DNA of 64,000 nt, taken from positions 2,373 through 66,372 of the forward strand of contig MESW01000008.1 of assembly GCA_001771135.1 (NCBI GenBank). The letters run 5' to 3'. Numbering within the stretch: position 1 is the stretch's first letter; every line of letters begins with the position of its first letter. Positions 30,012 to 43,282 of the stretch are shown here, piece by piece. This stretch comes from a candidate division CPR3 bacterium GWF2_35_18 (GTDB lineage: Bacteria > Patescibacteriota > CPR3 > GWF2-35-18). The notes beneath the pieces were generated by a model, which had not been told where the DNA came from, did no database searches, and saw only the letters and a program-made list of their open reading frames with translations. Position numbers and translations under genes: made by a program.

Positions 30012-31037
30012 CTACGATATTAACATTCCATCACCAAAACTGTAAAAGCGGTAATTATTATCAATTGCTTCTTGGTATGCCTTTAGGATAAATTCACGTC
30101 CAGCAAGAGCTGATACGAGCATCAAAAGTGTCGACTTTGGTAAATGAAAATTAGTAACCATGGCATTTATAAATTTAAACTGGTACCCAGGATAAATAAA
30201 TAGCGAAGTCTCTCCTGAAAATGCTTCGATAGAATACTTACCATTTTTATTATCCACTGTTGCTTCAATAGCTCTTGTGGAGGTTGTTCCAACACTAATA
30301 ATCCTTTTTCCTTGTTGTTTATATTCATTTAATCGTTTGGCAAGATCAGAAGAAATATTCAGCCATTCACAGTGCATAAAATGATTTTCGATTTTATTCT
30401 CTTTTACGGGTTGAAATGTTCCCAGTCCAACATGTAAAGTTAAGAACTCTGTTTGAACACCTTTTTGATTCAGTTTATTTAAAAGAGATTCACTGAAGTG
30501 GAAGCCAGCAGTCGGAGCCGCTACTGAACCATTATTTTGAGCATAAACAGTCTGGTATTCTTTTCGATTCGTGATTTGCCTTTTTATATAAGGAGGAGTT
30601 GGCATAATTCCAATATTATCTAGGGTTTTTTCTAATTCTTTTCCCTTCATATTCAATTTAATAATTCGAATTCCGGTTGTCAGAATATCTACTATTCTTC
30701 CTTGTAGTCCAGAACCAAAGGTAATAAGTTGATTGATTTTTCCGCCCGGTTTAGTAAGACATTCCCAATATTCAGCTTCAAGTAGTTTTAGGAGTAATAC
30801 TTCTATTTTTCCTCCGGTATCTTTGGTCCCGTAGATTCTTGCCGGAATTACCTTACTATTATTAAAAATAAGCACATCGTTGTCAGTTAGATAGTTTGGA
30901 AGATTATAGAAATGATCGTGAATAATAGTTTGCTTTTTTTTATTGAGGACCATTAACTTTGAGTGATCTCGAGGGGAAACAGGTTTTTGAGCAATTAATT
31001 CTTGCGGTAAATGATAATCAAAATCAGTAGTTTTCAT
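30012..31037 (-). CDS. queA: S-adenosylmethionine:tRNA ribosyltransferase-isomerase.
   Basis: MKTTDFDYHLPQELIAQKPVSPRDHSKLMVL QueA N-terminus. 341 aa. Confidence 0.9.
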   Translation of the reverse strand: MKTTDFDYHLPQELIAQKPVSPRDHSKLMVLNKKKQTIIHDHFYNLPNYLTDNDVLIFNNSKVIPARIYGTKDTGGKIEVLLLKLLEAEYWECLTKPGGKINQLITFGSGLQGRIVDILTTGIRIIKLNMKGKELEKTLDNIGIMPTPPYIKRQITNRKEYQTVYAQNNGSVAAPTAGFHFSESLLNKLNQKGVQTEFLTLHVGLGTFQPVKENKIENHFMHCEWLNISSDLAKRLNEYKQQGKRIISVGTTSTRAIEATVDNKNGKYSIEAFSGETSLFIYPGYQFKFINAMVTNFHLPKSTLLMLVSALAGREFILKAYQEAIDNNYRFYSFGDGMLIS

Positions 31038-31055
31038 ATAATCTCTGAAAATTAG

Positions 31056-33547
<2,492 letters not shown>

Positions 33548-33564
33548 AAGAGCCGTAACAAAAA

Positions 33565-33592
33565 GGACCGTGGCTAATTTTGGCCACGGTCC
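33565..33592. terminator. Perfect GC-rich hairpin between the LCP and T4CP-like genes (10-bp stem, 8-nt loop).
   Basis: GGACCGTGGC-taattttg-GCCACGGTCC. An A-tract lies upstream and no U-tract lies downstream on the plus strand. The T-run is on the minus-strand side, so the direction of termination is ambiguous. Confidence 0.4.
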
Positions 33593-33647
33593 GGAAGAAA
33601 GGAGAGAGACTAACGCCATTTATAGCATACAGAGCTAATATTGTCAA

Positions 33648-33704
33648 TATATCCAACTTTACTTATGGTGACTTATGGTTTTTATTAGTTTTTAGTTGGA
33701 TATA
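33648..33704. promoter_or_regulatory. 11-bp inverted repeat (TATATCCAACT / AGTTGGATATA) enclosing a tandem 10-nt direct repeat (ACTTATGGTG ACTTATGGTT), upstream of the T4CP-like gene.
   Basis: Read directly from the sequence. It lies about 160 nt upstream of the ATG at 33863. Confidence 0.35.
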
Positions 33705-33862
33705 CCTAAATCAGCCTATTTTGAGTATAATAAAACTTAGAAGTTGCATAAATTTTAGAGTACGACTTTAATGTAGTAAATGTTTGTTTTTTATTGTCTT
33801 TTCAGGTAAAATAGGGTGTTGTAAGAGAGAGGTAAATTTTTAATGAGAGAGATGAATTAAAA

Positions 33863-36580
33863 ATGAGTATTTTAGAGATTAATAATTTTATTTTGCATAA
33901 TCAGGCGGGAGTATTTATTGCTCTAGGATTGATATCAATATTCCTGTTTATTGTTATCAAGAGGATAAAAGGCAGTAAAGCAATGAATTCGATTACGATC
34001 GAGGACGGAGTTCTTCTCGCAATCGAAGTTCCTCGTTTCAATGAAAAAGGAGCCTTAGCTGCAGAACAAATGTTTGCTTCTCTGCATGGGCTTTTAAAGT
34101 ATACTCCCGGTATTCAAGAACATATCTCTTTTGAAATCACATCTTCTGCCAAGGGTATAAAATTTTATGTCTTTTTACCTTCATATTTCCATAAGTTTGT
34201 AGAGAGTCAGATTTATGCTCAATATCCTTCTGCAGAGATAAAAGTTATAGAAGATTACTCTCAGATGGACGTTTCTTCTTATCAATTTGTTGGTTCCGAT
34301 ATCACTATGAGTCGGGAATATTTTTTCCCAATTAAAACCTTTCGGGACTTTGAAGTAGATCCCTTAGCCGCAATTACCGGTGCTTTTGAAAAATTAGAAG
34401 ATCCCAATGGACAGGTTTGGTTTCAGATTCTTATTCGTCCGATTCCTGATGATTGGCAGGATCCTGGACATGCATACGTTTCAGCGGTTAGAGAAGGAAA
34501 TTTTGACGAAAAGAGTGCTTTGGGTAAATTTGTGGAAACATTCACCAAAGAAATTGGTTATATAATTACTGGGATTATAGGGTATTTGTTCCGTCCCGAT
34601 GCGGAAATTGGAGGAGATTCTGCTACCGCTGCTGCCAAACAACAGGTGAGACTTTCTGCTGGACAGGACATTGCTTTAAAAGCTATAGAAAACAAATTGA
34701 CAAAGCTAGGATTTGAAGCTGCGGTGAGAGTCATTACTTTTGCCGAAGACGAAGAAAAATCACAAAAACAGCTTTCTTCGGCAATTGCTTCATTAAAACA
34801 ATTTTCTACTGCCAATCTGAATAGCTTTGAACGTTCACCAATTGTTACTCCGAACCAAATTCTCCTTCAAAGATATCGAGAAAGATATTTTCCTACGGAA
34901 AGAGATTCCTCTTTTGTTTTAAATATTGAGGAATTAGCTTCAGTTTTTCATCTTCCTTCAGAGTCAGTAGAAACTCCAAATATCGCTTGGGTAGATGCCA
35001 AAAGGGGTGAACCACCTTTGACTTTACCTTTAACTGACTGTACGTATATTGGTAAGACTATTTTTAGAGATACTGAATCAGTTTTTGGAATTAAAACTGA
35101 AGATCGTCGTCAACATATGTATGTGATTGGAAAAACGGGTACAGGGAAGTCAACTTTAATGAAAAACATGATAATTAATGACATGAAATCTGGTCGTGGT
35201 GTTGGAGTCCTTGATCCGCATGGAGATTTGATTGAAGAGCTTCTTCAATATGTTCCTCTCGAAAGAATCAACGATGTGGTAATTTTTGATCCTTCAGATG
35301 CGAACTATCCCGTATCAATGAATATGTTGGAATTATTTGATCCCTCTCAAAAAGATCTCTATGCTTCCGGTTTACTGGATGTTTTTAAAAAATATTTTGG
35401 TTATTCTTGGGGACCTAGATTAGAACATATTCTTAGAAACTGTATTTTAACACTATTAGAAATTCCCAATTCAACTTTACTTGGAATAACCAGAATTTTG
35501 ATTGATAAAAACTATGAAAGTTACATAGTTGATCAGGTTAAGGATCCTGTTGTAAAGGCCTTCTGGCAGGAGGAATTTGCTAATATTAGAGGAAACCAAC
35601 GTCTCTTTTCAGAAGCAATTCAGCCTATTCAAAACAAAGTGGGGCAATTTTTATCCGCCGCAACCGTGAGAAATATTGTCGGACAAGCAAAAAGTAGCAT
35701 TGAGATTGATGATATTATAAATACCGGAAAGATCTTTTTTGTAAACCTTTCAAAGGGTAAAATAGGAGCGGATAATTCATCTCTTTTGGGAGCAATGATT
35801 ATTTCTAGATTACAATTTGCAGCTATGGCTAGAGTCAAAATCCCAGAGTCAGAACGTAGGGATTTCTACGTTTATGCAGATGAGTTTCAGAACTTTGCGA
35901 CAGAGTCGTTTTCAAATGTGCTTTCTGAAGCCAGGAAATATCGTCTTAGTTTAATTTTGGCACATCAATACATTGATCAGCTTCCAGAAGAGGTTCGTGA
36001 GGCAGTATTTGGTAACGTGGGAACTATTGTAGCCTTTACAATCGGTTCCAAAGATGCCAGATTTTTAGAAAAAGAATTTGCGCCTACGTTTGAAGAATCA
36101 GATTTAGTCAATTTACAAAGACACTATATTTACATTAAAATGATGATAGATGGAATGACCAGTAATCCATTTTCAGCCGTAACTCTTGCACCTCAAGGTG
36201 AAATTACAAACAAAAAAGAAGAGATTATTGCTTTATCGAGGCAAAAATTCAGTCGTGAGCTTGAAACCGTAGAAAACAGAGTTCGAAAATGGACGGAAAC
36301 AAAGTTCAAAAAAGGAATGAAGTTGGTGATTAAAGATAAGCCAGGCCAGAATAAAGAAAAGTTATCCACGATTGATGACATTGAGGAATACGAATTACCT
36401 AAAGGTTCAGAAGCAGAAGCTCCTAAAACTGAAAACATGAATATAACATCAGAATCAGAAAAGATTCCTCCGATATCAGAAATAAATAATCCCATTATTT
36501 CAGATAAAGCAGTTACAATTGATAAAGATTGCGGGCCTATTCCTATTAATATACCAAAACCCAATGAGGAAAAAAGTTAA
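33863..36580 (+). CDS. TraD/TrwB/VirD4-like type IV coupling-protein-family P-loop ATPase (FtsK/HerA superfamily) with an N-terminal TM anchor.
   Basis: N-terminal TM. Walker A GKTGTGKST, LDPHGDL, Walker B FYVYADEFQNF, then LILAHQYIDQL (the AHQ..QL motif seen in coupling proteins). 905 aa. Confidence 0.55.
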   Translation: MSILEINNFILHNQAGVFIALGLISIFLFIVIKRIKGSKAMNSITIEDGVLLAIEVPRFNEKGALAAEQMFASLHGLLKYTPGIQEHISFEITSSAKGIKFYVFLPSYFHKFVESQIYAQYPSAEIKVIEDYSQMDVSSYQFVGSDITMSREYFFPIKTFRDFEVDPLAAITGAFEKLEDPNGQVWFQILIRPIPDDWQDPGHAYVSAVREGNFDEKSALGKFVETFTKEIGYIITGIIGYLFRPDAEIGGDSATAAAKQQVRLSAGQDIALKAIENKLTKLGFEAAVRVITFAEDEEKSQKQLSSAIASLKQFSTANLNSFERSPIVTPNQILLQRYRERYFPTERDSSFVLNIEELASVFHLPSESVETPNIAWVDAKRGEPPLTLPLTDCTYIGKTIFRDTESVFGIKTEDRRQHMYVIGKTGTGKSTLMKNMIINDMKSGRGVGVLDPHGDLIEELLQYVPLERINDVVIFDPSDANYPVSMNMLELFDPSQKDLYASGLLDVFKKYFGYSWGPRLEHILRNCILTLLEIPNSTLLGITRILIDKNYESYIVDQVKDPVVKAFWQEEFANIRGNQRLFSEAIQPIQNKVGQFLSAATVRNIVGQAKSSIEIDDIINTGKIFFVNLSKGKIGADNSSLLGAMIISRLQFAAMARVKIPESERRDFYVYADEFQNFATESFSNVLSEARKYRLSLILAHQYIDQLPEEVREAVFGNVGTIVAFTIGSKDARFLEKEFAPTFEESDLVNLQRHYIYIKMMIDGMTSNPFSAVTLAPQGEITNKKEEIIALSRQKFSRELETVENRVRKWTETKFKKGMKLVIKDKPGQNKEKLSTIDDIEEYELPKGSEAEAPKTENMNITSESEKIPPISEINNPIISDKAVTIDKDCGPIPINIPKPNEEKS

Positions 36581-36616
36581 GAATTGGGTTACAATTTAAA
36601 AAAGGAGATTATTCAA

Positions 36617-37561
36617 ATGAATAGTATGCAAATGAAAATGTTAAGAGATGCCGTTAATGCTGCTGAATCAAATATAAAATTGGCAAAAAACCTTCTTTAT
36701 CAGCTAGAAGAAGGAAGAGGCGATCGTTTTGAACGACATGACAGATTTGACCATAACGATCGTAATGATCGTAACGACCGTCGTGATCGTTTTGATCGTA
36801 ATCGGAATAACGATCTTAACCGTAGACCGCAAAGTGCTGCTATTCCTGTTGCAAAAGATAAAGACATTAATCGAGATCGGGAATTGGTAGGATTTTTTAA
36901 CGGTTTAGAAATGTTGACCGAAAGCGGGAAAAAATTTATTGTTCCTCGAAATTATATTTCCAAAAGCTTTATTGTTGAAGGGGACACCTTGAAATTAGTT
37001 AAAGATGAAGGAGAGGAAAAGTTTAAACAGATTCGTCGGGTAAAGAGAAAAAGAATTGTGGGTACTTTATCTAAAAAAGACGGTGATTTTGTCGTTGTTA
37101 CAGAACTGGGAAGCTTTAAGGTCATTCCGGAAGCAATCGCTTTTTATAAAGCAAAAGAAGAAGATCACTTAACTGTTTTGGTTCCGGCTGAGAAAAAAGC
37201 TACTTGGGCTTCAGTAGAAGGTATTGCTGTTGAGGAAAAGGAAGATATTGTTGATGTTACAGCAGAAAAAGATGATAAAACTGAAGGAAAAGAGGTAGCA
37301 CCTAAAAAGAAATATCCAAAGGCAAAAAAAACAAAGGAGATAAAAGAAGAAAAAAGTGAAAATACTCCGGTTTTAGAGAAAGAAGTTGTTACTCCCAAGG
37401 ATTCTCAGATAATTTTTGAGGAAGGAAAAGAAGTGACCCCAGAGATAAAGATAGAAGCTTCAAAAATAGAAGAACCTTCAGTTCTGGAGGTTAAATCTGA
37501 AGAAAAACCACCTGCCCCTGAACACAAAAAGAGTGAAGATGACGAGGAGGCTTTACAATAA
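36617..37561 (+). CDS. Hypothetical protein with an Arg/Asp/Asn-rich low-complexity repeat and a Lys/Glu-rich C-terminal tail.
   Basis: ATG at 36617 preceded by AAGGAG. The ORF-track start at 36584 is a TTG. The DRFERHDRFDHNDRNDRNDRRDRFDRNRNNDLNRR segment is encoded by an imperfect hexanucleotide repeat. Confidence 0.45.
   Translation: MNSMQMKMLRDAVNAAESNIKLAKNLLYQLEEGRGDRFERHDRFDHNDRNDRNDRRDRFDRNRNNDLNRRPQSAAIPVAKDKDINRDRELVGFFNGLEMLTESGKKFIVPRNYISKSFIVEGDTLKLVKDEGEEKFKQIRRVKRKRIVGTLSKKDGDFVVVTELGSFKVIPEAIAFYKAKEEDHLTVLVPAEKKATWASVEGIAVEEKEDIVDVTAEKDDKTEGKEVAPKKKYPKAKKTKEIKEEKSENTPVLEKEVVTPKDSQIIFEEGKEVTPEIKIEASKIEEPSVLEVKSEEKPPAPEHKKSEDDEEALQ
36721..36820 (+). repeat. Imperfect in-frame hexanucleotide (GAYCGY-like) tandem repeat encoding D-R-N/F/H dipeptide repeats.
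   Basis: gatcgttttgaacgacatgacagatttgaccataacgatcgtaatgatcgtaacgaccgtcgtgatcgttttgatcgtaatcgg. Confidence 0.5.
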
Positions 37562-37585
37562 TTTAAAAAAAGGTAGGGGTAAATT

Positions 37586-38332
37586 ATGTCAGGTCATTCA
37601 AAATGGAAAACTAATAAGCATAAGAAAGGCATCGCAGATGCTAAAAGAGGGCAAGCCTTTACTAAAATAGCCAAGATTATTACGATTGCGGCTAAAGAAG
37701 GTGGAGGTAATCCTGATAGTAACTTTAAACTTCGTTTAGCAATAGAAAAAGGTCGTGAAGTGAACATGCCCAAAGAGAATGTACAACGGGCTATTGATAG
37801 GGGAGTTGGAAATGCTGACGGGGCTTCAAACTATAAAGAAGTTGTCTATGAAGGTTTTGGTCCTGAAGGAACGGCATTTATTGTTGATGCAGCCACAGAT
37901 AATACTAATCGTACTAATGCAGAGTTAAAAACTCTTTTCTCCAAAAATGGGGGAAACATGGCAAGCTCTGGAGCGGTTGCATATCTTTTTGATCACGTGG
38001 GATATCTTTTTTTAGAAATTGAAAAAAATAAAATTGAAGAAGTTATGTTGACCGTAATGGAAGAAGCTGGCGTATTAGATGTTGTTGAAGATAAAGAAGG
38101 AATTGATGTCTATACACAGTTAGACATGCTATCTGCTATCAGAGAATCTCTTACTGCTAAAGGTTATAATATCAAAGATGGTGAATTGATTTTCAGAGCA
38201 AAAAATCCGATTAAAATAGAAGATAAAAATATTATAGAAAGATTGATTAGTTTTTCAGAGCTTATTGAAGAACATGATGATGTTCAAAAAGTTCACGTTA
38301 ATTTTGAGATTGATGATGAGATTTTCAAATGA
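37586..38332 (+). CDS. yebC: YebC/PmpR family DNA-binding transcriptional regulator.
   Basis: MSGHSKWKTNKHKKGIADAKRGQAFTKIAKIITIAAKEGGGNPDSNFKLRLAIEKGREVNMPKENVQRAIDRG is a canonical YebC N-terminus. Confidence 0.9.
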   Translation: MSGHSKWKTNKHKKGIADAKRGQAFTKIAKIITIAAKEGGGNPDSNFKLRLAIEKGREVNMPKENVQRAIDRGVGNADGASNYKEVVYEGFGPEGTAFIVDAATDNTNRTNAELKTLFSKNGGNMASSGAVAYLFDHVGYLFLEIEKNKIEEVMLTVMEEAGVLDVVEDKEGIDVYTQLDMLSAIRESLTAKGYNIKDGELIFRAKNPIKIEDKNIIERLISFSELIEEHDDVQKVHVNFEIDDEIFK

Positions 38333-38895
38333 TTATTTTAGGAATTGATCCCGGACTAGCTACGACCGGTTATGGTGTTATTAAAGTTAATCCTAAAAAA
38401 AAATATTTAACTTCAAATACAAGCTTTGAGAATGGTTTTGAGCTTTTAATTGACTACGGTTGTTTAGTGACTGATAAGGCATTAGAGGAACCAAAACGCC
38501 TAAACTCTTTATATAAAGATACTCAGGCATTACTTAAACTATTTAAACCGGATGTTATTACTATAGAAAGGTTATTTTTCTTTAAAAATGCGAAGACAAT
38601 TATCTCTGTAGGACAAGCTAGAGGTGTAGTAATTTTAGCCGCTTCTCAGTTTTCAATACCAGTATTAGAGTATGCTCCGTTACAGGTAAAGTCAGTCTTA
38701 ACAGGTTACGGTCGTTCTAAGAAAAAAGAAGTTGAGAAGAAGGTGAAAGAGATATTAAACACTCCGATTTTAAAAATAAAAAAAGAGAAGAAATCGAAAG
38801 ATGGACATCATATAGATGATGCTGTTGATGCTTTGGCTGTTGCTATTTGTCATACATTTAAAATGCGGGAAAAGTTAATAAAAATAAAAAAGTAA
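38329..38895 (+). CDS. ruvC: Crossover junction endodeoxyribonuclease RuvC.
   Basis: ILGIDPGLATTGYGVI...ITIERLFF...HHIDDAVDALAVAICH catalytic acidic residues. ATGA overlap with yebC. Confidence 0.85.
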   Translation: MIILGIDPGLATTGYGVIKVNPKKKYLTSNTSFENGFELLIDYGCLVTDKALEEPKRLNSLYKDTQALLKLFKPDVITIERLFFFKNAKTIISVGQARGVVILAASQFSIPVLEYAPLQVKSVLTGYGRSKKKEVEKKVKEILNTPILKIKKEKKSKDGHHIDDAVDALAVAICHTFKMREKLIKIKK

Positions 38896-38898
38896 CTT

Positions 38899-39663
38899 AT
38901 GAATTTTGGAATACTTACCAAAAGGAAAAAAATCACTATAATTTCAGTAATCATAACTGTAATTTTTTTCCTGTTCAACTACTTTGATATTTCCTTGTAT
39001 TTGAAATTTATTGTTGGAGCAATGATCACTTACTTTTTGTGTTTGTGGGCTTTTGATTTTGATTTGAAGCGTTCTGAATATATCATTCTGCCAATAATGC
39101 CGATTCTCTTTTACCTTTCCATGTCTCTTTTATATCCGATTTTGGAAAAATTAAACATTAAATATTTAGTATATCCATTTATTTTACTAGGGATGTATAT
39201 TTTATTGTTAACCTTTAATATCTTGAATATTTCTACGTTTAAACCGATTCCGCTTTCAAAAGCGGCCTGGATCTCTCTTTCTCTCTGGCGCTTTATAATT
39301 TCATTTTTGGTTTATACTTATCTTTTTTGGTTCCATTTTAATTGGTATGTCATAGTGTCGTTAATATTTGTCTTTAGCATTTTTATCGCTTATCCTAGTT
39401 TTTATCTTTTGATTCACCAATTAGGTAGGGGAGAAAGATCTTTATTCTACATTATAGTAGTTACTTTAGCTGTTGTCGAAGTTGGATTTTTGCTTACCTT
39501 TTGGAAACTTCCATTTTTTGGTTCTGGTTTAATATTAGGAGCTTTAGTCTATATTGTAACTGGAATTTTAGAGGCCCATCTAAAAGCTCAACTCGATAGG
39601 GAATTCTTTTGGGAATATGGCGTTGTAGCTTTGTTTGCTATGCTTCTCATGATATTTCTTTAA
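38899..39663 (+). CDS. Polytopic membrane protein, hypothetical.
   Basis: 254 aa with about 7 hydrophobic helices. No motifs. Confidence 0.4.
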   Translation: MNFGILTKRKKITIISVIITVIFFLFNYFDISLYLKFIVGAMITYFLCLWAFDFDLKRSEYIILPIMPILFYLSMSLLYPILEKLNIKYLVYPFILLGMYILLLTFNILNISTFKPIPLSKAAWISLSLWRFIISFLVYTYLFWFHFNWYVIVSLIFVFSIFIAYPSFYLLIHQLGRGERSLFYIIVVTLAVVEVGFLLTFWKLPFFGSGLILGALVYIVTGILEAHLKAQLDREFFWEYGVVALFAMLLMIFL

Positions 39664-39883
39664 TTTCATTAATAATCAATAATTATTTAAATAGAATTAG
39701 TAATAAATAAAGGAGAGTGTTTTTAATAAATTAGTAATTTAATTATCCTGTGGGGAAGGGGATAGTTATGGTTGTTAGAAAAGGATTAACTTGCTGCGTG
39801 TAACATATTGATATAGTCTGTGGAACATTGGTATAATTAAAAACTATAGGTTATAGATATTGATCTAGAATGCGTAGGTAGAT

Positions 39884-39892
39884 TGTGGATAA
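39884..39892 (-). promoter_or_regulatory. Perfect DnaA-box 9-mer (TTATCCACA on the minus strand). Two 7-of-9 matches lie nearby at 39743-39751 and 39819-39827.
   Basis: TGTGGATAA read on the plus strand. Neighbouring TTATCCTGT and TGTGGAACA. All are inside a roughly 960-bp ORF-free AT-rich region. Confidence 0.35.
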
Positions 39893-40626
39893 CTTTTTGA
39901 GGTCACGTTTTCAGCGACATTCGAAGATGACTGCTAATCTTATAGAGGAGGAGTATAGCATTCTTTCTCTATTTTGGTATTAATATATCGTGTTTATAAA
40001 TTATTTAATATATTTATATTTCAAAATTAAATTAATCATTATTAATGAAATAATGATAGAGATATATTCTCTGTTTTTGGTCTTATCTATGTGTAAATAT
40101 TCACTGAGATTTTAGGGAGAGATTTATGGATGGAGCAGTGATTTTGGTAATATGTATAATGTCGTACAATATAACTTAAGCGACAATAGGTGTAAAGTTG
40201 AAAGAGAGGAGTATTAATCCAGATTATATTGATGTATTAATATTTATGTTTATTTCATTAATTAATTTATTAAATTAATATTTATTAATAATTTCCCAAT
40301 TAATCCTAATTCTCTCTATTTAGAGGTCTCCAATTTTTTCGTCTTTAAAATTTCTCTTGTCCTCTTTTGATATAGGTTTGATATATTTATGCTATTTTTG
40401 CTCCTTCTCTGTCTTTTTCCCCTTTAGAGAAGTGGTTTTGAAATGACAAAAGACACTAAAAAGGTTAAAATGAGATAAGGTATAAGTGAATTTTAATTAT
40501 AAACGAAGGTTTTATGTTGATATGACGCCATAAAAATGGCGTATGACTTTAGAAGCCGTCTAGAACGCGTGAAAAATTTAAAGACGATTCTCTAATCATT
40601 AAAATAACGTAAATAGATAGAAAAAT

Positions 40627-41556
40627 ATGAAAACTCTCAAAGAACATAGCTTAGAATTTTTGGAATACTGTGAAATTGAAAAGGGTCTTTCACAACTTAC
40701 AATTAGAAATTACGCTTTTTATTTACAACGATTTTTGGATTATTTGAAAGAAAATAATAAAGAAGATTTAACTCCTGAAAAATTAAGTGCCAAAAATATT
40801 TGGGATTTTCGAGTTTATTTATCACGATACCAAAATCCAGTTTTAAAAAAAGGTTTGAAACGAAATTCGCAGTCATATTTTTTAATTGCATTACGAGTAC
40901 TACTAAAATATTTAGCTAGAAACGATATCAAGACTTTGTCTGCTGATAAAATTGAGTTACCAAAGAAAGAAGCACGCCAGATTAAATTTTTGAGTGAAGA
41001 TCAGGTGGATAAAATCTTAAATGCACCCAAAGCTGATAACATAAGCGGTTTGAGGGATAAGGCTATACTAGAGACTCTTTTTTCGACAGGGCTTCGTGTG
41101 GCTGAGCTCATTGCTTTGAATACGGATCAGATAAATTTTTCTTCACGTGAAATTGGCGTAGTTGGTAAAGGTAATAAACCACGAGTAGTATTTCTATCTG
41201 ATAATGCTGTAATGGCTTTGCAGAGGTACTTGAATAAAAGAAAAGATAAAGAAAAAGCTTTGTTTGTAAATTATCGTGGAAAGATTCCAGAAGCTGGAGA
41301 ACGCCGTTTGTCAACTCGTAGCGTTGAGAGGCTTATCAAAAAATACGTCTTGCAGGCGGGGATTCCAATTTCCGCAACTCCTCACACAATGAGACATAGC
41401 TTCGCTACCGATCTTTTGATGCAAGGAGCAGATCTTCGTTCTGTTCAAGAACTTTTGGGACACTCAAATATCGCAACAACACAAATTTATACTCATGTTA
41501 CGAATAAACAGCTTAAAGATGTGCATCAAGCTTTTCATAGCGGGAACAAAAGATAG
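40627..41556 (+). CDS. Tyrosine site-specific recombinase, XerC/XerD family.
   Basis: Catalytic R..H-x-x-R..Y: GLRVAELIAL, MRHSFATDLL, LGHSNIATTQIYTHV. 309 aa. Confidence 0.85.
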   Translation: MKTLKEHSLEFLEYCEIEKGLSQLTIRNYAFYLQRFLDYLKENNKEDLTPEKLSAKNIWDFRVYLSRYQNPVLKKGLKRNSQSYFLIALRVLLKYLARNDIKTLSADKIELPKKEARQIKFLSEDQVDKILNAPKADNISGLRDKAILETLFSTGLRVAELIALNTDQINFSSREIGVVGKGNKPRVVFLSDNAVMALQRYLNKRKDKEKALFVNYRGKIPEAGERRLSTRSVERLIKKYVLQAGIPISATPHTMRHSFATDLLMQGADLRSVQELLGHSNIATTQIYTHVTNKQLKDVHQAFHSGNKR

Positions 41557-41600
41557 ATAAGTAAGATGTTCGATGGAAATTTATTTATCCTACTCCCCTC

Positions 41601-43279
<1,679 letters not shown>

Positions 43280-43282
43280 TTA

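Noticed and set aside
33580-33771. 63-aa ORF in the LCP/T4CP intergenic region.
   Set aside because: It overlaps the hairpin and the IR/DR regulatory element and has no RBS. The region is better explained as non-coding control sequence.
39664-40626. tmRNA, RNase P RNA or SRP RNA in the long AT-rich intergenic region.
   Set aside because: No GGGG...CCACCA tRNA-like ends or tag reading frame for tmRNA. No GGAAAGTCCGG / ACAGAAA P-RNA signatures. No GGAAGCAGCC SRP motif. Left as an unexplained, possibly origin-like region.
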